Part shown: piece after piece, positions 11,358 through 25,462 of the stretch
How the letters are laid out: every line of letters begins with the position of its first letter
Numbering within the stretch: the first letter of the stretch is position 1
DNA from: Epiperipatus broadwayi
Taxonomy: Eukaryota; Animalia; Onychophora
Direction: 5' to 3'
Assembly: GCA_028023455.1 (NCBI GenBank)
Contig: JAQFVV010000004.1
Span: forward strand, 22,072,001-22,136,000
Length of the DNA: 64,000 bases
Translations under genes and position numbers: made by a program
The notes under the pieces: generated by a model
What the model was told of the DNA's origin: nothing
Databases searched by the model: none
The model's input: only the letters and a program-made list of their open reading frames with translations

Positions 11358-14013
11358 TATAAAGATGAATAATAATTATGTGAATTATTTTCATATTCTA
11401 TTAAATCAAAAAAATATAACAAATCAGTGACATGGAAAATGCACCTGCATTCCCTAATTAAAAACAAAAAGTTTCCCCATAAAGTATTTTTAAATAACTA
11501 TGTAAAAAAAAATATATGAAAAAAAAATGTTGTGGACAAGCTTTTAATCCATTAATTACAGTAAAAAAAGAAATGGAAACTGAATGTTTTAAAGATAAAA
11601 AGAGCAGTGGTCATTAATTAGTACATATGTCTATAGAAAAAAAAATCTGAAGAATGAGACCTTTAAAAGTAATACTTTAAAACATTTCCTTTAATTAAAA
11701 AATAAAATCAATGTATTCTACTAATTAAATAATTTTTTAGTAAAATTTAGAAAAATGATGGATAAACTACTATATATAATTGAAAAAAATTGCAAGGGAG
11801 AGGATGATTCTAAATATATGATTATATCATGCCATTTCCAGATTTAAAAAATAGATACTAAAATCAAGAACTGAAAAAAAAAAAGCTAAATTTAAAAAAG
11901 GAAAAAAGATATAGAAAAAATTTAAAAACTGCTGGAAATTTAATTAATAATATTCAAAATTAAAAATTTGATGTAATATTTATACATATTCAAAGTGACT
12001 CCTACTAAAGTAAAAAAAGACAGTAATGCAAGCAAAACTATTATTTTTCCAAATCTAGATTTTTTTTTCCTCCTCCCATTTGTTCTCAGTTGTAATCAAG
12101 ACAATAGCTTTGTAAATAACAATATATATACAAATTAAAGTAAATTTTTATTAATACTTATTAATATATACAAGTATAATATGGGCACCATTTAAATATA
12201 GTTTGTTTCTACTTTTTCCTCTTTTTTTCCAGTTGCTAAATTGGATGAAAAAAATGAAATTCAACTATTCTTAAAGTAATTGAGTAATTTACATTTATAG
12301 CAGAAAATGACAAAATAAAAGACAAGTATTTTAAAAATTAAATTTAAAATAATACTGTTTATCAAAAATCAAATGTAAGCTAAAAATTTCAACTTAAGAT
12401 CAGTACAAGCAATACATATACACATATGGACTAATATTCAGACTAATATGCATAATATACACAGGTATATATTATCATATACCCTCTGCCGAAGACAAGC
12501 CCAATAAATTTTTCTGTATGACTTATTTATAGAGTTATCTAAATGAAAATATATAGAATTATTAAACATTAATTAATGTATAAAGAACTTTAACAATAAA
12601 ATGATAGCCCATATAACCATATAAAGATTATTAAAACAAAAATTATAACTAACCAGAAGATACAAATTATTTTTTAAAAAAAAAAACTAATTATTTTTTA
12701 ATAGCTAGTAATAATTTATAAATTCAATAAAAAGTTATAGTTATTTTGTCAATAGTGAATTCATTGTTAATAATCTGACCTAAATTAGCATAGATTTATG
12801 AAGTGTCAATTTATCAAGTCAAACTACAGATTATAATAGAGGCAAATGCTAATCATTATTAATTATGTTGAATAAAAAAAAATTTAAATCATCAGTGAAA
12901 AACTACTAAATTATTATTAAAAACCCCTTTAAAAAATATTAATCAACCAAAATATAGTAAATATTAAGAAATATTCATTACTTTAATATATTTCCTTTTT
13001 ACCCTCCATAATTAGTGCAGTAATAGAGAGTATTATGAACTCCCTAGCAATAAAACGTTTTATTATTTCCCTTCTCCAAAATTAATTACAATATCTATGA
13101 TGAACAGGAAGCAAAAATTCCTAATTCACTTCTTTGAAAGAAAGAAAAAAACAATCCAGAAAAATTAAAATAAAAATTTTGTTCTAATAATCATAAGAAG
13201 TACATTAGTTCCCCAGCTGGCTAGATTTCCAAACCATAATTAGTCCAAAAAAATTAAAATATTTTTAAAAATCATAATAGTGGATTGAGATCTTTGACAA
13301 CATGATTCAGTATTATAATAAAATTAGTATGGGTCTACTGTCATAAATGATCATTGTAATATAGAAAATCAATATATTTCACTATTCACAATATGATTTT
13401 TGATGATGACTGAACAGACAAATCACATATGTGTGTGTATATATATTATCTACGTGCAGGCAGGTTTAAATATCAAGCTTTAAGGAAACAATGACCAAAT
13501 AACATTTTACTATTACAAACAATAATCTGGAAACAGCAAATCAATTTAGCAATTCCATGCTTAGTACTTAGGTTTCTGCCATGCCATTATTATTTAGCCT
13601 TTCAATGAATCACAACTAAGATTATTGTAATATTTCTACTATTACAAATAGACAGTGAGAACTAAATTGATAATTAAGGTTAAGCATTTAGATTTCACCA
13701 TTTTCACTGAACTTTCATTTTGAATTTTTTTTTATGTCTATATTAATAAGTTTTCAAATTCCACTTTTATGGCACATAACTAAAATTATTATAGTATATG
13801 CATGTAGAACATTTTTAAAGAAAATATATTTAGAATATTTTTATCTCTAGAGATAGAAAAAGACAATCAAACAAAATTAATAATTAAATTTTAATGCTTA
13901 GATTTCCACCATTTTCACTGTACTTTTATTTTGATTTTTTTTTTTTGACATAAACAATCAGCTTTCAATTTTTGCTTTTACAGCTTATTCTAGAGTTTCA
14001 CAATTTAAAACAA

Positions 14014-14341
14014 AAACAGCTCCCTATTTTATTGCTATTTAGTCAGTTATTACCAAGTGCATATATAATTCTTATCCTTAATATATGAATCCCATCCTCA
14101 GACTTGTATCTGGCTTTTGTCTTTATCAATGAGGCCTGGGATTCAAAGTTGCAATTAAAGGTGGTTGCTGAATGCATATGTGCATTTCTCTCAACTTTGA
14201 ATCCAAAGCCTCATTAATAAAGACAAAAGCTAGAAATGAATCTGAGGATGGAAATTCAAATACTAAGGATAGAACTCATTTATACATCTGTTAATCAGTC
14301 ATTATTCTATCTTATACAAATTAGCAATAGAGAACTGCTTT
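14014..14341. repeat. Diverged hairpin/MITE-like inverted repeat
   Basis: Inner arms 14069-14151 / 14192-14274 (GGCTTTTGTCTTTAT..ATGAGGC..GGATTCAAAGTTG and its complement), with weaker outer matches. Confidence 0.75.
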
Positions 14342-16239
14342 CATTTTATTAGTAAAGTTGAATGTTTTTGTAGATTATTGTAAAATCTTAACTTAATGAA
14401 AAGTGTTCGTTCTACTAGTTATTTATTTCATATGCCTTTATAGACCAATTATCAGTATAAATGTAACAGGTTACAGAAGCATAAGCACAATATTTACAAT
14501 ACCTAGATTTTCTTTATAGGAACTACATCAAAAAATCACCTTGATGAGTTTGCAGATTTCATTATGTGCTCAAATTTTTATAAAATTCAATAAGTAACTT
14601 TTCTATATTTTTAAAGTAAAAAATGAAAACCCTGCTTAGCACTGGATCTTTATGTGAGGATTCACAACAGTGATCATCATCAATTTGCATCTACTGTTTT
14701 TATTTACAATCTATTATTCACTATAATGATCTTTAAAAAAAGTTCAAAAAAAATTTTTGATGGCCACTTTTGTAAGACTGATGACATCATAAAATAGCTA
14801 TTAAAGCTATCGAAAAGCAAAATAGTGCCATTCAAGCTAAAACTGTACAGTGCAAAGTTTACTCATAATAGACAAAATAGTACACAATATTACAGTTCTT
14901 ATATAATAATTTGATTATAAATTTAAAATTCATAAATGAATATATAGTACAGTATTTTATTTAATTTTCATCCAGCATTCTTGCAAGGCAATCAATACTT
15001 CATTAATGCCATATCCAAAGTAAAGATTTTCATTGTTAATGACTACAAAACAAAAAAAAAAAGTGTTTCACTCAGTGTAAAAAATAATCAAAATCATATT
15101 TTGATGACATACACAACTAAATATATGAATGCAATAGTAAATTTTAAAATGTGTGCATTAGTTTAAAACTATATACTATATTTATTAATTTTTATGAATT
15201 AAAATTCTTATAAATGGTACTTTGCTTGTGGTAAAAATTATGATCATTTTGTAATTTAGTTATCATAATTATTTTTTGGGGAAAAAAATTTCATGGATTA
15301 CAGAATTAACAATTAAATTTTTATATGACCAAAAATTACTAAATCTAAATTAAAAGTAACAATTACTTACTCAATTTTAAAACAGCTCATAATTTGTTTC
15401 AGAATGGCAGACATTATTGCAAATGTATAAAAATATTGAAATGAAAAAAAAATGTTCATTCAGCGTAAAACTAAAAATAAATGTTGGTTATAAACTACTA
15501 ATATTTAATTTTAAATTGTGTATAGTATAAATATTAACTAAAATATTCAGTCAAATCAAAATTATTAGCGTAAATATATTTTCAGTTGAAAAAAAAATTG
15601 AACGTGATTTCATGCATTATGCAGTTATTAATAAATTTTGTATGATGAAAACGCAATACAAATAAATTGAAGATTCATATCTTTAGTATTTATATAAATA
15701 ATCTGTATGTGCTGCACTATTTTAAAAATTTCTAAGTCATTCCAAAAAAAATGGCTATCATACTTAATAAAATGTGACATTTCATTACCAAAAAAACTGC
15801 CACAGTAGCATATTTGTTTATAAAATGCTGTACATATTGTAAAAAAAAAAAAAAGGCTTAAATGTTGATTACAATATGCAATCACAGAATGCATTAGAGA
15901 CATTTTTTTAATACAGTATATCAGATTTTTTTTTAAAATTTAACTGTATGATTAAGTGTTCAGTAATGTATAGTTCTATAATTTGGCTACTTTATACTAT
16001 TAATAAATAATAAGTCTTTATAGTCACAACAGTACAGTTAAGTGAGATATTATTAAACACTGATTTTTTCTTCTAAATAATTTCACTTAAACAATATAAA
16101 AATATAAATTTTTAAAAAATAAAACTCCAATATGGGCTTTTTTTCTGCATAGTGATTAATAATTTTGCAGATGTATACAAAAAATTACAATTTGAAACTA
16201 TACTTTGTTTTCTAATGATATGAAAAAAACAACAACTAA

Positions 16240-17106
16240 TATTGCAGAACACCACATCACTTCTTCAACCTATAGATCAAAGAATACTTATAATCTTCAA
16301 GATATACTAACTTCAACATGCAATGCAGCATTTCACTTTAGATAAAGATACCTATAATAATTTGATGGTGGCAATATTGAAGAGCTTTTGCAATCACACA
16401 TGGATGAATTAACTAAACAGAAATTAATGCAACTGGATGAAGAAAAGAAAATCAACAACCCTGTAGAAAAAAACCTGCACATCAATAAACTGAAAAAACT
16501 GATTTTATATCATGAGGCCATGAACACATTTTCGAAGAATTTGACTTCAATTTAAAACGCTTAATCAAATCTAAAAATGACTTAAATCAATAAATGAGTC
16601 CTTATAATATATTGTAAGAATAGAAACAAATTAGCCATTCATTTCAAACTTTTTCTCTAGAGATTCTCAATTATCAACATCTGATGTACTCCTCCAAAAA
16701 AAAAAAATCCATGATCATCAAAGGATTTAAAAGACAACAAAGAGACCCTGTATGATGATGAGTGCTGAATGAATGAATTATAAGAAAGAACAACTTTAAG
16801 CTTAAGTATTTTTTTTTCTTTTTATAAAGACTTAAGTTGCATTATCTTGTCTACATACATATTTTAAGTATAACCTGCATAATACACATATAGCACATTT
16901 TACACATGCATATATTATATAGTATTTTTTAATTACTATATATACTGTTATTTGTTAATACAATATTAACAATTTGTGACACAATTTTTATCCACAGAAA
17001 TGAGCTAATTTTTTTCCCATAGAAAATATTATAATCCCTTGATTTTATATGATCTTCTTGCTTTACGATTTTGAGGAATTGTCCTCACTAATTGCTGTAA
17101 AGGTGT
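16240..17106 (+). pseudogene. pogo/Tigger transposase remnant with probable right end near 17106
   Basis: NTTSLLQPIDQ (16248-16280; DDE_1 PPNTTSLLQPMDQ motif) and acidic GNIEELLQSHMDELTKQKLMQLDEE. Tigger-like terminus TTTTCCCATAGA...CTTTACGATTTT...GGTG followed by TA. Left end not found. Confidence 0.7.
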
Positions 17107-18899
17107 ATATGTAAAATACCAAAATTAAAGAATGTAGCAAATCTCAGAAATCAACCAATGTACTAATATTCTGCTTCAATCTTTTTTTTTTAAATATGCA
17201 AATAGGGTGGTATTCTTTCTCCATTTCTATTATACATTAAAAAAAAATACAATGTGATTTCTTTTTTTTTTTTTATAATTTAAAATACATAGAATACTAA
17301 AGCCACCCAGGCTTTGAATTAAAAGAAAAGAGGAGACAGTAATATGAAGAAAAAAAAATCCGATTAAGTCATAACTATATTCATACAATTTTTTTTAGAA
17401 AATCATTTTTTTGTGTGTAGATGGAAAATCAGGATATAATTGATGGTTCTTGTTTTAATTTCATAGTTAAAATATAAATATTCTGTTTGGCTATATGTAG
17501 TAGATGATATATTTTTCAATGTGTTTTACTTTTCTTAATTACCAATCTACATATATATATACAACACTTAACTGGAGATAGTAAACTTTGATTCAAATAA
17601 TACAAAAATAAAATATTTGGGAGAGGAAAAATGCATCTGCAATCAGTATTCTGGTCTTCATCAAACATTCCAATAAATAAAATAAGATATTATCAATAAT
17701 TAGCAGATATACTGCTAACCTTTCTTTTTCATTTGTTTTTATATGAAAATCTTATTCTTCAAGCTTTTTTTTTTTTTTTTCACAAACATTATCATCATTT
17801 ATTAATAATTTCTAACTAAGTAATAAATCATTAAATCCTGAATTTGATTATTGTTATTTAATTTAATTTGTTGAAATATTTTGTTTGAAACTTATTGGTT
17901 ATCTTCATCAGCATGTTTCTAAATTATTTTTTTTAGAAAATAAGAAAATAAATAAAACAATTCAATTAAAAAAGAATAATGACTATGTATATATTAATAA
18001 GAATAATATGTGTTAAAAAATAGTTCCCCGTTTTTACAAAATTGTGAAAAATCAAATATATATATATACATAGATTTTTGTGAGCAAAGAAAGCAATAAA
18101 GGGATTAGGTAAACTTAAATAATCAAGCAAGACTAATTTATATATTTAGAAACAGAATATATGTTACTTTATTTTGAAAATAGAAAACTAAAAATGGCCA
18201 AATGGAAAATTAAAATCAGGATCTTGGATTTTTGATTTATTTATTTTTAAGGATTAATTTGAAAAAAGTATATTTTGTATTTTGTTTTAATACTATTCAG
18301 TAATTGTGAAGAAAAATAAATGTGTTGGTTTTATATATATTGTTTTAATTTTGAAAAATTAAAAATTTTGGCATAAATATTCTTTTGAAAACCAGTTGTA
18401 ATTATTTAAATCCAGAACTATTTGAAAAACAATTAGTTCACCTCAGTATAAAAATCATAAACAGTGGGAAGAAAAAAAGAGAAAAAACTGGAAACATTTA
18501 GATTGAATCAAAATAACATTTTCTTTTGGAATTAACATAATAAAAAAAAACCGCAGTAATACATAAACATTATTGCCAAAATAGAAAAAAAGTGAATCCA
18601 AAAGTCTCAATATATATAATAGTGCAATTTTATTTATTAAATGCAGAGTTAATTATAACAAATTCAATCATTATAACATGCTAAATGTAAAATTATGCAT
18701 TATGACCATGTATAATTAAATTGAATAAAACTGGGAGTAAAAAAAAACATATGCAATATTTTAATTTAATCAAGATAATACATCTATTGCTTTTAGGAAT
18801 ATAATTAGGAAATAAATAAATAAATAAAAAATCTAAAAAACAAAAAGCAATATTATAATAATTGCAAAAACAATAAACATGGAAATAAGTTTTGAAAAT

Positions 18900-20150
18900 A
18901 TAGGGGGACTACTTTTGGGAGATTCATGAGATCAAAAAAAAATTTCAATCTTAAAGCAGGTGTGTTTAAAAACATCAATGGAAAATATAACTAACAGTAA
19001 CAAAAACAAAAAAATATACTAAAGAGTTATATTAGGAAAAAAATAACCAGGAAATTTGAAGTATGATCAGCTATTTAAAAAAAATATCAAAAATGGAACA
19101 TGAATTCAGTTAAGTGTTGATGTTTTTGCCAAAAAGATAAATTATGGGAACTATGGAAGTCCATCAGATGTTTTACAGAAACTGAAGATTGCTGACCATA
19201 ACTAAGCCAATTAATCTGAAAAATCTTTAGTATTTCTATAAAAAGGAATTTTAATAAAAGTATTAACTATTATGCAATTTCTTACATCATATATAAGTAA
19301 TGTTATATCAAAAAATCATTCAGCACAGATAATAGTCATACATTAAAAAATAATTGGCAGATAGATCAAAGAATACATTTTAAAAAAATCAATACACACT
19401 TTAATAACTATAATAAAATGTTTGTTTGGGCTTACTATGTTAAATTATAAAATTTTCTTAGACATAGCAGGTATCTCAGTGTTTTAAAAGAATCTATATA
19501 TGATATTAAAGACCGAGTTAAAACAAGCTCCGTTGAACAGACTTATTACCCATTGGTAAAAAAGTTGATAAAAATTGCACAGTATCTGACCACTAACTGT
19601 TCAACTTCTTCTGACTATGCAATAAAGAACACCACACTAAACAAAGGCAAATCAACAAACTTAGATGTACTGATGTTATCAAACTTGTAACGAAAAATGG
19701 AATAAATAATAGGTATATGATTGAATGTGAAAAAAGATTAACATTATGATTAACAAGTTTTAACAATGATGATAAAAATAGAAAAAATCAATGATACATT
19801 TGCCTTCAAAAAAAAATCAGCAGTCATGGCATACCTCATACACAAATAATATAAAAAATTGCACTAAAAAATTGGGGGGGGGGGGAATATTTTAAAAAAT
19901 AAAATGCTACCACAACTATTTTTGGACGTAAATGTTAAAAAAATGGTATTTCTAAATTGATAATATCATGTAAAAGCAATAAAAATGACAAGTAGATATT
20001 CAATCAGATTTAACATGTATTTCTACTTACTATGGACATATTATGAGATGAAAAATTCCCTTAGGAAAGTGTTGATAGAGATATAAAGATTGAAAGTGAA
20101 AAAAGAGGAAGGTCAATCAACAATGAGATAGATGAATTCTATCACAAAAA
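18900..20150 (+). pseudogene. RTE-clade reverse transcriptase and C-terminal remnant
   Basis: Degenerate motifs YKK...KIIQHR, RVKTSS, LFNFF, INKLRCTDV (19651-19677; from INNLRYADD), G..LNVKK, YYGHIMR (20028-20048) and KRGR (20101-20112). Confidence 0.6.
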
Positions 20151-20790
20151 ATAATACATTCACTATTGTGAAGACTTTTTTTAAAGAAAATATTCTAGAG
20201 AATTTTCATTCACAAAATGGTAGATATTTATATATAAATTTGACAATTGCACAAAAATGCTACTAATTATTCTCGCTGTGTCAAAAGATTATAAATTAAA
20301 TTATAACAAAGAGAATTATTTACAAAAGATTATACTTCAAGCCAACCTATTTTAAATTGTTACTCTGAAAGTAAGCTAAATTTAATAGTGACATATTATT
20401 CAAGACCAAATAATAATATTTAATTATTATTGATAGTATTTGCTATTGTTTGTCATTTCGTTAACATAATTTATTCTATCATTTCAATTTTAGAACATTA
20501 TAAACTTTCATAACAATTATATCATTAAAATATATAGAGAAACTATCAAAAAACCAATCTGTCAATCAAAAGCATGATAATTTAACTTTATTTATGATAT
20601 AAATTGAGATGCTTTGATCTCATAGCTATTATACTTTTACTGATATATAGACTTACTATGTACTTAATAAATAACCAGAATGTTAATTAGATTTAAATTT
20701 AAAAAATTATAAATTTTCTGAGATATATAAGATCTAAATAAAATTTCATACATTATAATAAATTTGTCTGTGTATAATATTAATATTAAA

Positions 20791-22467
20791 TAAATGAAAG
20801 CAATCAATACTACAATCAACAATCTCAAGCTGTTGTAAAGGCAACCCTCGTTTAATCAATAAAAATGGAAATATAGTTTATATAGATACTAAAGATTACA
20901 AACTTGACTAGAAAAAGGTAAATTATTAATTCAAAGAAGTTCAGTTCCAATATGTGCCATGATTCTGGTATACAGTACCGAAAGTGCTGGGCAAATTGTT
21001 GTTTATAATTAATGTTTTTTTTGCATTTTGGCTGCTCTGTTTATCACATTTTATTCATGTAGAATAATTTTAATCAATAAAGGTAGATATCTACTTATGG
21101 TCTAATAAATTTAAATAGAGACTAAAGATGCAACTTGAGTACAGTGAGGGAAATTAATCATTCAAAGAAGTTTAAATAAACCTCAACAAATTGTTCTGAA
21201 AGCAGAGTAATAAATAGTCAATTATAACTTACAAATTGCATTCCAACCATGTATTACTTAGATAATCAAGCTAATAATGTGCAAAGCTAGACAGGTTTTC
21301 AATGTAAATACATGAAAGCAATTAACTCTCAAACAATACAATATCAATCTGTTAATAAGGTAAACTCCTTTAATCAATAAAGATAGAAATACACCTTTAC
21401 CTATAGTTTAATATGTTTATATAGACACTAAAAATTTCAAGTTGACTACAGACAATAAAATTGTTAATTGAAAGAAGTTTAAATAAACCTCATTAAACAG
21501 GTAAATATAACCTGTTCTGAAAGTAAACTAACAAACAGTCAATTATATTATCAAACTGTAATTATAATTTTCAAATTGTACTCCAAGCATGTATTGCTAA
21601 GATAATCAAACTAATAATGCTCAAAGCTAGATACGTTTTCAATATAAATATATGAAAGCAATTAACTCTCAAACAATACAATATCATTAACAATCAACAA
21701 TATCAATCTGTTATAAAAGCAAACTCCTTTAATCAATAAAGATAGAAATACACCTTTATCTATAGTTTAATATATTTATATAGACTCTAAAATTGTTAAT
21801 TGAAAGAAGTTTAAATAAACCTCATTAAACAGGTAAATATAACCTGTCCTGAAAGTAAACTAACAAATAGTCAATTATATTATCAAACTGTAATTAAAAC
21901 TTTCAAATTGTACTTCAAGCATGTATTGCTTAGATGATAAGATAATTAAGTTAATAATACTCATGGCTAGATAGGTATTCAATGTACTTACATGAATGCA
22001 GTCAACATTTAAACAATACTAATGTCATTACCAATCAACATTATCAATCTGTTGTCAAGGCAACCTCCTTTAATTAATAAAGATGGAAATCCATCTATTA
22101 TCTAATATGTTTATATAGACAACTTGACTACAGAGTGAAATTATTGATTCAAAAAAGTTTAAATAAATCTCATTAAACAGGTAAATATAACCTATTATTG
22201 AAAACAGGGTAATAAATAGTCAATTATAACTTTTACACTTCAATTATAATTGTTAGATTGCACTCCAACCATGTATTACTTAGATAATAAAGCTAATAAT
22301 GCTCAAGACTAGATAGGTACTCAATGTAAAAACACGAAACTCGAACAAAACCGCTATCATTAATAAACCCATAATCACAAACTCAATCTGTTGTCAAAGT
22401 AACCACAATTAATAAATAAAGATACAGATCCATCTATCATCTAATAAGTTTATATAGACATTAAAGC
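20791..22467 (+). repeat. Satellite-like tandem array, ~300-360-bp unit
   Basis: Unit starts (TTAATCAATAAA-like) at 20852 (truncated), 21070, 21370, 21729, 22070 and 22409 (truncated). Shared AAAGAAGTTTAAATAAACCTCA, GTCAATTATA, CATGTATT(A/G)CT.AGAT and ATCAATCTGTT motifs. Confidence 0.9.
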
Positions 22468-22900
22468 TTAGTTTGCTTAAACATTTTGAACATTACCTAA
22501 GTAAAGGGTTTATTCCATGTGTTTTGTTAACTGTAGCTGAGTTTGCTTTGGGTTGTTGAAGCCTGATTCATAGCACTCATAAGGTGGCTAAGTATTCTGT
22601 AGTATTTAAATGTACAAAGCTAATTTATTTAAATTAGTAATTTAAATATTCCATTTGTTGGAGAGTTGGATGCTATTCTCTTTTTTATTAATGACTAGTT
22701 GTTGTTAGTGATATACCACAGCTTTCACTTTGTTTTCTATCATCTCTCTTCATGCAAACAATTTTAACATTTTTGGGATCAAACATGTGATCAGATTATT
22801 AGACTTCAAAATGATCATCAACCCACTTGAACTTTGAGTTGCAATTATCTCCCATTCTCCCACACCTATGACACACAAACTTTCTGGGATAAAAAGTTTC
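22468..22900 (-). pseudogene. Penelope-like element 3' end (GIY-YIG C-terminus and 3' UTR)
   Basis: Minus strand reads SDHMFDPKNVKIVCMKRDDRK (H.FD..NVKI...E...KR pattern). About 330 bp are homologous in inverted orientation to 29890-30206. Confidence 0.6.
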
Positions 22901-25462
22901 TGAAATAAAAACTTTAGATTCCCTAAATATGAAGCATATAGTGTAACGGTCATATTTGTACACTCGTGCAACAAAATACAGAGTCTTAGCAAATTCTACC
23001 AAGGCTGATCTAGATGAGGGGTTGAGACCTCAAATCAGATCGCACCTCAGCTCCACCAATACTCCATGATTTACTACCTTATGAATGACATATATGAAGC
23101 CACACTCAAAGTTTCTTAATTCATGTGCTGGCAGTAGCAAAGAGCGAAACATGAGACTCGGGGAAAAATGACTCTATAGCTAAATAATTAACTAAACACA
23201 CACTTCTATGGCTTATGGCATAATTAATAATTAGATAAACCAGCACAAGATGACAATGCATAGTTATATAATTGACTTACTAACTAAAATTAGTATGATT
23301 CGAAAGATCGGAACAAACTATGAAAAAAAACATAAAACGATATTATATTTTATATATTTAATAAAATTTAAACAATTATTAAAACAGCTATCTCTCTGTG
23401 CATTGGAATTCACTGCAAGTGTACAATGGATGAGTGGGTTACAGAACTTCATTGGATGCACGGGGCAATTAAATTGGAAATTATATTACATTAAAAATTT
23501 TATTATATTCTAATCTACAGTTTGGATTATGCCTAATTCATGCTATGAGATGCCTATAAGATTTGCGAACAAATAACTTGCAAGAAAGACCATTTATAAT
23601 TTATAATTACTCTAGGTACCTCGAAGTTAGTCTAAATTAGTTCTCTATACAGATTATTATTACATAGCTAGACCATGCATTCAAATCAACGTTGAATTTA
23701 TTAATATTAATGGTGGGATGAACTGGGATCAGTTATAGCAAAGTTTATGATACTGTATTGCTACATTAACCCGAATAAAATGGTGGCTCAAATGCGTGCT
23801 TCCTCGTGGGATTTATCAACTCAATGATCGATTCCCATTTACTGTGACCTGCTATGAGAAGAGAACATCTCGTTCTGGAGGTCTGATTAGCTTAAAACAT
23901 GGACAATCTGGACCCTTGTGTTCCAGTTCTAAAAAAAGCTATCAGAAGACGATTATGAAATGACTTTATACCAAATCCCCATAACTAAATATATATGTAT
24001 GTATGTAATAAGCTTGAAACCTAAACAATCTAGACCTTCATGTTCCAGTTCTAAGGAAAGCTATCCATCACGAATATGGAATGGTCTTATACCAAATCCC
24101 CATAAAGAATATATATATGATACAGCAAGCCGCATAAGCATGTGTGCATCCTTTATAAGAAAACATTTGCCACACCAATGGTCATCGCCCATTACTAAAT
24201 CTAAAATGTGCTAAATCTATAGCTTCTGTCCACTAAACCATTGTATATCAGTTCATAAGTTAGGTTACTCAAACATGCTTAAAAAAAAGGGTTAATTACG
24301 TGGTCTAGCTTATAATTAATCTCTATAGTTTTTACTATATTTCTAAGGAGAAATAAAGCATAATCAGGACTTACGTATTTAATTGAAATATGCTCTAGAA
24401 GATCACTCTTGTGTTAATTAACTATAAATATTTTTATTTGTACTAGCAAACCTACTTTACCCAGCTAAGACATAATAGCTATTTAATATACATATAGGTT
24501 TCAGATTGGAGGTTATTGTGTGCTTTAACACTTATAAATTAATTGGAGAGAACTTTTAATCATTTCTCTCCCTTCCCCCTTTAAGAATCTAAATTATCAA
24601 CCTCCAGCCTGAGTGGGTCATAGCATAAATTCGTAACAAATATAATAAAATATAATGAAGGCATAACCGCAGATAGAAAAATATTTAATTATAATATAAA
24701 TTTGACAAGAGTTACATTATTAAATTTGTTTACTTTAAAGAGTTAGGCAAGTTTTACAAAGTACTTATTTTTACATTATTTTAGGAATTAGTTACAATTT
24801 AGCTTGATTACAGAATTTATTCAATAGGTAAAGTTTGAATAATAAGTTTATGCACATTTATATGTAGCTAGCTTAGAAGTATTTAAGAAATTAATAATGA
24901 GAGTTTATTAAAGAGCTCTGCAGGTTATGTTTTATTTTACTATGGTTCTCAGCTCAGGTGTCTTCTCTTCAGGCATGAGACACTTCTTTTCTGGCTTGTT
25001 CTATTCATCCTTCTTTTCAGGGCCGGCTGCTGGTTTGAACTGCTAACCATCACTGAGGACTCATCTCCCATCAGGGCAGACAATGATTTGCCTTCTAGCC
25101 TTGGCTTTTCATTGTACAGGAGGGCATAGCTCCCAAAAGCATTAAAAGTTACAATTATCTAGCGTCCAATCTTCTTTAATTCTAATTGGGTTTTTTTTTT
25201 ATAAGAGTATATTCCCCCTCTGCTAACATCATAATTTGTTTACAAGTTGAGATGAATTTTTACTCTTTATTTTACATGTATGTTATAATTCTGACAAACA
25301 AAACCATTTGTTTATAAAAATAAGTAATTGAGAAAATTGGCGTCAGTTATCTAGCTTCTCTTTGTTACCAAAATTAAAATTAATATCTTTTAAGTCCACT
25401 CTTATTTTTACAGATTTTAAAACACAGGTGTTGTCAGCTAATTTCCAAGAAATAAAAATATA

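Noticed and set aside
14778-14815. CTGATGA...ATAGC/GCTAT hairpin...CGAAA
   Set aside because: About nine unpaired nt separate the core from the stem, and there is no stem III or cleavage triplet.
20791-22467. Satellite as a hammerhead-bearing repeat (CTAATAAT...GAAAG)
   Set aside because: The core differs from CTGANGA in all units and no stem II forms.
24940-25140. GC-richer patch resembling coding DNA
   Set aside because: Stops in the plausible frame, no motif and no splice support.
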